Shown here: piece after piece, positions 59,009-64,000 of the stretch
How the letters are laid out: each line of letters begins with the position of its first letter
How positions within the stretch are numbered: the first letter of the stretch is position 1
Assembly (NCBI GenBank): GCA_963727525.1
Contig: CAVSGO010000003.1
Span: 320,001-384,000 of the forward strand
Source of the DNA: an uncultured bacterium
GTDB lineage: Bacteria; Krumholzibacteriota; Krumholzibacteriia; LZORAL124-64-63
Direction: 5' to 3'
Length of the DNA: 64,000 bases
Program-made: the position numbers and the translations under genes
The notes under the pieces: generated by a model
The model's database searches: none
Told to the model about the DNA's origin: nothing
The model's input: only the letters and a program-made list of their open reading frames with translations

Positions 59009-59334
59009 GACCGGTCCTCTTCGCGGCCCGTGCCGCGCGACCCGGTGGCACGCCGCCTTGGTTTCCCGGCCAGCCGCGCGAGCTGGACGGGACTCGGCCC
59101 CCGATCGGGAAGAAATGCGTCGAGTTGCGGGAGCAGGGTGAGAGCCCGCAACACGCGGACGACGCCGGTCAGGGTGGAGCCGTTTCCCTTCTCGAGATTT
59201 TGCAACAGGGTTCGCGAAACGCCGGCGTGCCGGGCCAGATCGGCCTGCGTGATGTTGCGATTCAACCGCTCGCGCTGGACTCGCGAACCCAGCTCAACGA
59301 GGATGGCGTGGTCGGTCATGGGAGAGAAATCCAT
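59005..59334 (-). CDS. XRE-family HTH antitoxin (HipB-like)
   Basis: RLNRNITQ.DLA..AGVS...L.NLE.G; overlaps the hipA start by 4 nt. Confidence 0.88.
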   Translation of the reverse strand: MDFSPMTDHAILVELGSRVQRERLNRNITQADLARHAGVSRTLLQNLEKGNGSTLTGVVRVLRALTLLPQLDAFLPDRGPSPVQLARLAGKPRRRATGSRGTGREEDRS

Positions 59335-59497
59335 AATATTCTTTCTTTCAGGCGTAGATGTGATTCAAGGCGATTTTAGCATCAAATATAAATCATAACA
59401 ATATAAATTTATGAAATCTATTTAATGATTTATATTTAAGTCGTAAATATTAAATAACATTATAAAGCTTTATATATAGCTCATAACACTTGATTAA
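59335..59497. promoter_or_regulatory. Extremely AT-rich hipBA promoter/operator region with inverted repeats
   Basis: 13-bp perfect IR AAATATAAATCAT (59384-59396) / ATGATTTATATTT (59425-59437); nested TCATAA/TTATGA. Confidence 0.7.
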
Positions 59498-59588
59498 CAG
59501 CGCGAGCCGCCCTCGGGCCGCCACACCGGGGCCGTCATGCCCTGGGCATTTCGTATGGTGTCAGGGCGCGAGTACGTCAAAGAAGTCG

Positions 59589-59624
59589 TTGACACGGATG
59601 GCGATTTATGAAACCGTTTACATA
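59589..59624 (+). promoter_or_regulatory. Promoter with LacI-family operator
   Basis: TTGACA at 59589; near-palindrome TATGAAACCGTTTACATA (59607-59624) with central CG typical of LacI/cre sites. Confidence 0.75.
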
Positions 59625-59725
59625 GCTCGCAAGACTCGGCGGTGAATGGGACATTTGCCGCAGGCCTTCCTCGTGGTTCGGCGCCTCGGGACGCGGCGGC
59701 CGACCGCAGACGAAAGAGCTCCCAA

Positions 59726-60769
59726 GTGACCACCATCCGGGACGTGGCTCGAGCCGCCGGCGTCTCCATCGCGACCGTGTCGCGAGTGTTCAACAACACC
59801 GATCTGGTCAGCGACGCGACAGCGCGCAAGGTGATGCAGGCCGCGGCCGCATTCGACTACTGGCCCAACGAGACGGCCAAGAGCCTGACGACCAGCCGAA
59901 GCCATACCTTCGGCGTCCTCCTCCCCGACCTCTACGGCGAGTTCTATTCCGAGATCATTCGCGGTGTCGACAACCAGGCGCGACGCGCGAGCTACCAGGT
60001 GCTCCTCTCGAGCGCGCACGCCAGCGGAGACGATCTGCTCGCGGCCGCGCGCGCGATGCTCGGGCGTGTGGACGGACTCATCGTGATGGCGCCCGACAAC
60101 GCGGCCTTCGAGACGGTCGAACGGATTCGCCGGCGTCTGCCGGTCGTGTTGCTGAACGCGGTCGACGAGACGAGCGGCTGCCAGGCCATCGCCATCGACA
60201 ACGCTGCGGGAGCGCGCCGCGCCGTGGAGCACCTGCTACGCCTCGGGCATCGCGAGATCGCCATGATCGGCGGTCCGTACGGCAATATCGATGCTGACGA
60301 GCGCGCGCGCGGATTCCGGGAGGCGCTGTCCGACGCGGGGCTCGATCCGGATGCGGCCCGTATCGAATTCGGCGATTTTCGCGAGGCGAGCGGTCATGCG
60401 GCCGGCCACACGTTGCTCACTCGACATCCCTGCCCGACAGCAGTCTTCGCCGCCAACGACTCCATGGCGATCGGTCTGCTCGGTGCGGCCCGCGAACTCG
60501 GCTTCGAGATCCCTGATGATCTGGCGGTCGTCGGCTTCGACGACGTGACGATCGCACGCTACCTGAATCCGCCGCTGACCACCGTGGGCGTCGATGCTTA
60601 CGGGCTGGGCCAGCAGGCGGTGACCATGTTGTTGGCCGCTACCAGCGGCACACAAGCCGGCCCTCCGTCCCGCACGACCATGCCCACCGAACTTCAGGTG
60701 CGCGAATCATGCGGGGCGGCGCGGGGGCGAGTGAGCCGGGTGGCGGCCGAGCGAGGAGGTGTTCGATGA
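59726..60769 (+). CDS. LacI family transcriptional regulator
   Basis: TIRDVARAAGVSIATVSRV.N, VDGLI, AVFAAND.MA, IP.DLAVVGFDD, PPLTTV, RESCG. Confidence 0.96.
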   Translation: MTTIRDVARAAGVSIATVSRVFNNTDLVSDATARKVMQAAAAFDYWPNETAKSLTTSRSHTFGVLLPDLYGEFYSEIIRGVDNQARRASYQVLLSSAHASGDDLLAAARAMLGRVDGLIVMAPDNAAFETVERIRRRLPVVLLNAVDETSGCQAIAIDNAAGARRAVEHLLRLGHREIAMIGGPYGNIDADERARGFREALSDAGLDPDAARIEFGDFREASGHAAGHTLLTRHPCPTAVFAANDSMAIGLLGAARELGFEIPDDLAVVGFDDVTIARYLNPPLTTVGVDAYGLGQQAVTMLLAATSGTQAGPPSRTTMPTELQVRESCGAARGRVSRVAAERGGVR

Positions 60770-62640
60770 AGATTGCGACCGGATCTCTCTTGCTGGTGAT
60801 CCTCTTGTCGGCGTTGCCGGCAGCGGCCCAGGCGCCGCGCGAAGACGTCATCTGGGCGCGGACGTCGCCCGATCCCATCACGCTCGACGGTGTGCTCGAC
60901 GAACCAGCGTGGGCCACGGCGGAAACCAAGGTCATCGATTACGGCCAGAATGCGGGCATACCCGGCAGTGGCTGGAAGCTCGAGTCGGGCTGGGAGCCCC
61001 AGGATCCGACGCACGCGACGTTCCGCTTCCTCGTGCACGGCAACGTGCTCTACATGGCGGCCGAGCTCCCGGACGTATCGATCGGCGGCAGCACCGAGTT
61101 CAATCGCTTCGACGGCCTGCTGATGGACATCAAGAACCACGCAGCCGACGGCTTTCCCAAGCCGCCCACCGAGTACCTCTACTCGTGGTGGTATCCCGAG
61201 CTCAGCGATCCCCAGGCCGCCGGCCAGGGGCCCAACTTCCGCGGCCAGTTCTCCACCAACGATTCCACCGTTCCCCGCACGCCCGAGCAGATCGCGGCCT
61301 GGGACGCCGTGACCGTGGTGAATGGCCTCACCAATGACGACAACACCCTCGACACCGGTTACACCGTCGAGATGAGGTTCGATCTCGGCGTGCTCGGCTA
61401 CGACGTCACGCAGGCCAACGGCGACATCGTGGAGTTCAACGTCTCGATCTATGACACCGACTAGTTCTGGCCCGCCACCGTGCTGCTCTTCACCACGAAT
61501 CGCGTGTGGTGGCAGGATCCGTGGGGCAACACCGGCTGGTACGGCGAGGTGCGCATCCACGCGCGGCCCGACGTGACCACCACGTCCGGCGCCGTGCCCG
61601 AGATCGGTCCGGAGGTCGTGATCCCGGCCATCGATGTCACGCCCACGATCGACGGCGTGCTCGACGAGCCCTACTGGAACGACGGGTCCGCATACACCTT
61701 CGACATCCGCTGGGACGACGACGCGCTCCGTGCGACGTACGACGGCGAGGGGCCGTACCGCGCTGGCCAGTTCCAGCCCACGGTGTACGGAGGCGAGGCG
61801 CTGGTGCTCGACCCGGCCGACGCCACGGTGCACGTGTTCCACGCCGGCAAGATGCTCTACTTCGGCTTCGACGTGCGCGATGGCGTGGTGCAGTACCACC
61901 CCAACTACGACCGCTGGGACGGCTTCACGCTATCGCTCGAGGACATCGCGGTGCTCAACACCGACAACAATCTGCTGAGTCGGCGCCTGTCGTTCCAGGT
62001 CGGGCCCGACGGTTCGGCCCTGCCGCAGGACTACCTCGTGACTCTCATGAATGAAGGCATGGCGGACGTGGCGCTGCACCTGATGGCCGGCACCACGGTG
62101 GACACGCTGGGGCAGCAGGTCGACAACGGTTACTCGGCCGAGCTGGCGATCGATCTCACGGCCTTCTCGTATCGACCCGACCTGGGCGACGGTACGCTCT
62201 TCTTCGGCGTGACGTTGCTCGACGGCGACTCGTTCATTCCCTTCAGCGACAGCTACGGCACCCGCACCTGGTGGCAGCGCGAGCGCGAGAACACGTGCTG
62301 CCCGCCGTGGGCGTACATGCAGCCGGGCGTGATCGGCGTACCGGACGATCCCGTCGTCAACGTGACGCGGCCGGTGTTCCACAGCGTCGACAATCCGTCG
62401 CGCGATCCGCTCGTGTCGTTCGCGCTGCCGCGCGCGAATCAGGTGATGCTCGAGGTGTACGACGTGCGCGGCCGTCTGGTGACCCGCCGCCCGCTGGGTG
62501 TGGTTCAGAACGGCGTATTCCCGCTGTTCCTCGACCGGCGTCCCGAGGCCGGCGTGTACCTGTACCGGTTGCAGCTCATCGATCCGCAGACTGGCGCACC
62601 GCGGTCGACCTTGCAGGGCAAGACGCTCCTGCTGAAGTAG
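60766..62640 (+). CDS. Secreted protein with two CBM9-like sugar-binding domains and a T9SS-like tail, interrupted by an in-frame TAG (61462-61464)
   Basis: ORFs 60766-61464 and 61480-62640 are in one frame; GGAGG RBS and signal peptide only at the first; repeated (L/I)DGVLDEP.W; YDVRGRLV...GVYLY tail. Confidence 0.75.
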
Positions 62641-62659
62641 CCAGAAGGAAGGCGGGACA

Positions 62660-64000
62660 GTGAGGGGTCCGGCACTTGTCGTAACGATCGGCGCGGTCGC
62701 CTGGCTGATATGCCTGGCGATCGCGCCCCCCATGGCCCTGGCCGGCACCACGGGCACGGTGACCGGACGGGTCGTCGACCAGGACGGCAAGCCCGTGGTG
62801 GCCGCCACGATCCTGATCGTGGGTACGCGTCTGGGCGCCTATTCCGACACCGAGGGCCATTTCACGATCCTCAACGTGGCCCCGGGCACCTACGAGGTGA
62901 AGGCCAGCCGCATCGGCTTCAATGCCGATGACGATCGCGGGCGTGATCGTCTCGGCGGACCACGTCCAGCGCCTGGAATTCAAGATGGGCGACACCAACC
63001 CTGACGCCGAGGAAGTGGTGGTGGTCGCCGAGCGGCCGCCTGTGGACATGAAGCGACCAGCTCGCAGACCAAGCTCACCACCGAGGAGATCGAGGACCTG
63101 CCGGTGCAGTACCTCGATGACGTGGTCAACCTGCAGGCCGGCGTCGTGGACGGCCACTTCCGCGGCGGCCGCGAGGGCGAGGTGCAGTACCAGGTGGACG
63201 GCGTCAGCGTGAACAACGCCTTCGACAACTCGTCCACGCTGACGCTCGACCGCTCGCTGCTCCAGGAGGTGCAGGTGATCAGCGGCACCTTCGACGCCGA
63301 GTACGGCCAGGCCATGAGCGGCGTGGTCAATGCCGTGCTCAAGCAGGGCAGCGAGAACTTCGAGGTCGAGGCCGAGGGCTACGGCGGCGGCTTCTTCTTC
63401 CCGGGCGGGCCGACGCGCGCCGCGTGGACGACACGATCCATCTGCTCGGCACCCAGAGCTTGCAGGCCACGCTCAGCGGCCCGCTGCTGGGCAAGTCGAC
63501 GACCTTCCTGCTCAGCGGCCGCTACCATACGCACGACGATTTCGTCTACGGCCAGCGCCGGTGTTCCGGCCGACGGACCGCGGCCGACTTCGAGAACAAC
63601 GTCTACGAGGGCCACGGGCGATGGCGAGAAGGTGCCGCTGGGCTTCACGGAAGACTGGTCGTGGCGGCGCAGATCACGAACACGTCCCTCGCGAACGACA
63701 AGCTCAGCTACCAGATCATCTACAACAAGACCGCCGGCCGGGACACGAACTGGCTCTGGCGGCTGAATCCGGACGGGCTGTCGCAACACCATTCGATCGG
63801 CGTGGTACACGGCCTCGACTGGACCCACACTTTCAGCGCCACCACCTTCCTCGACGTCAGCCTGCGCCAGAACTACTACAGCTACAAGGACCACCTCTGG
63901 GGCGCCTACGGCCCCGCTACGACGAGGCTGGGCCGCCGGAAGGCAGTCAGAACTTCGAGAACGGCGCCATCGTGCCAGGGCGCGCAGTTCAACCAGTACC
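62660..64000 (+). pseudogene. TonB-dependent receptor (CarboxypepD_reg-like N-terminus plus plug), multiply frameshifted and 3'-truncated
   Basis: GTTGTVTGRVVD...G.F.ILNV.PGTY, HFRGGR..EV.Y.VDG, ISGTFDAEYG.AMSGVVN; apparent frame changes near 62927, 63054, 63420, 63562, 63612, 63665. Confidence 0.75.

Noticed and set aside
57691-59560. hipBA as a discrete mobile element
   Set aside because: No transposase, integrase, terminal repeats or target-site duplication found at the flanks
60766-62640. Genome-wide TAG reassignment
   Set aside because: TAG terminates many clearly complete genes here (1082, 2815, 13319, 18410, 24127, 26185, 62640)

Overview
A high-GC (roughly 65-70% by eye) bacterial chromosomal window, densely coding, with about 55 genes. 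No rRNA, tRNA, CRISPR array, integrase or transposase could be supported. Many secreted proteins carry a C-terminal 'PNPFNP...YD(L/V)xGRxV...WDG...GVY' FlgD-Ig/T9SS-like sorting domain, one has a short 'TWGxxKxLF' tail and one has a dockerin-like tail. This suggests an FCB-group candidate phylum such as Krumholzibacteriota, Latescibacterota or Eisenbacteria (inference). Main blocks in order: GH13 amylase end; DUF948/YtxH pair; Zn-finger membrane protein plus site-2 protease; Thr-type sulfatase-like enzyme and LpxL-like acyltransferase; secreted BNR protein, exported PepF and spondin protein; a tandem blue-copper protein divergent from a monoheme cytochrome/DUF3373-like porin/octaheme (OTR-like) operon; SRPBCC-ArsR; cyclophilin; FG-GAP protein; an unusual HTH-SBP-like-Zn-ribbon protein; orphan ParA; a Wzx/Wzy polysaccharide cluster with a Walker-A-deficient BY-kinase; pncB-nrtR with a clear operator; an ArnT/ArnC/PAP2 envelope-modification module; a MacAB-TolC-like exporter with no ATPase; HipBA behind an extremely AT-rich operator region; and a LacI-controlled glycan-uptake locus. 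In that last locus the secreted protein has an in-frame TAG and the TonB-dependent receptor is repeatedly frameshifted, probably from low sequence quality near the window end. The best candidate for an undescribed system is the divergent locus pairing a secreted di-cupredoxin with a porin-octaheme cytochrome operon (10.7-16.4 kb).
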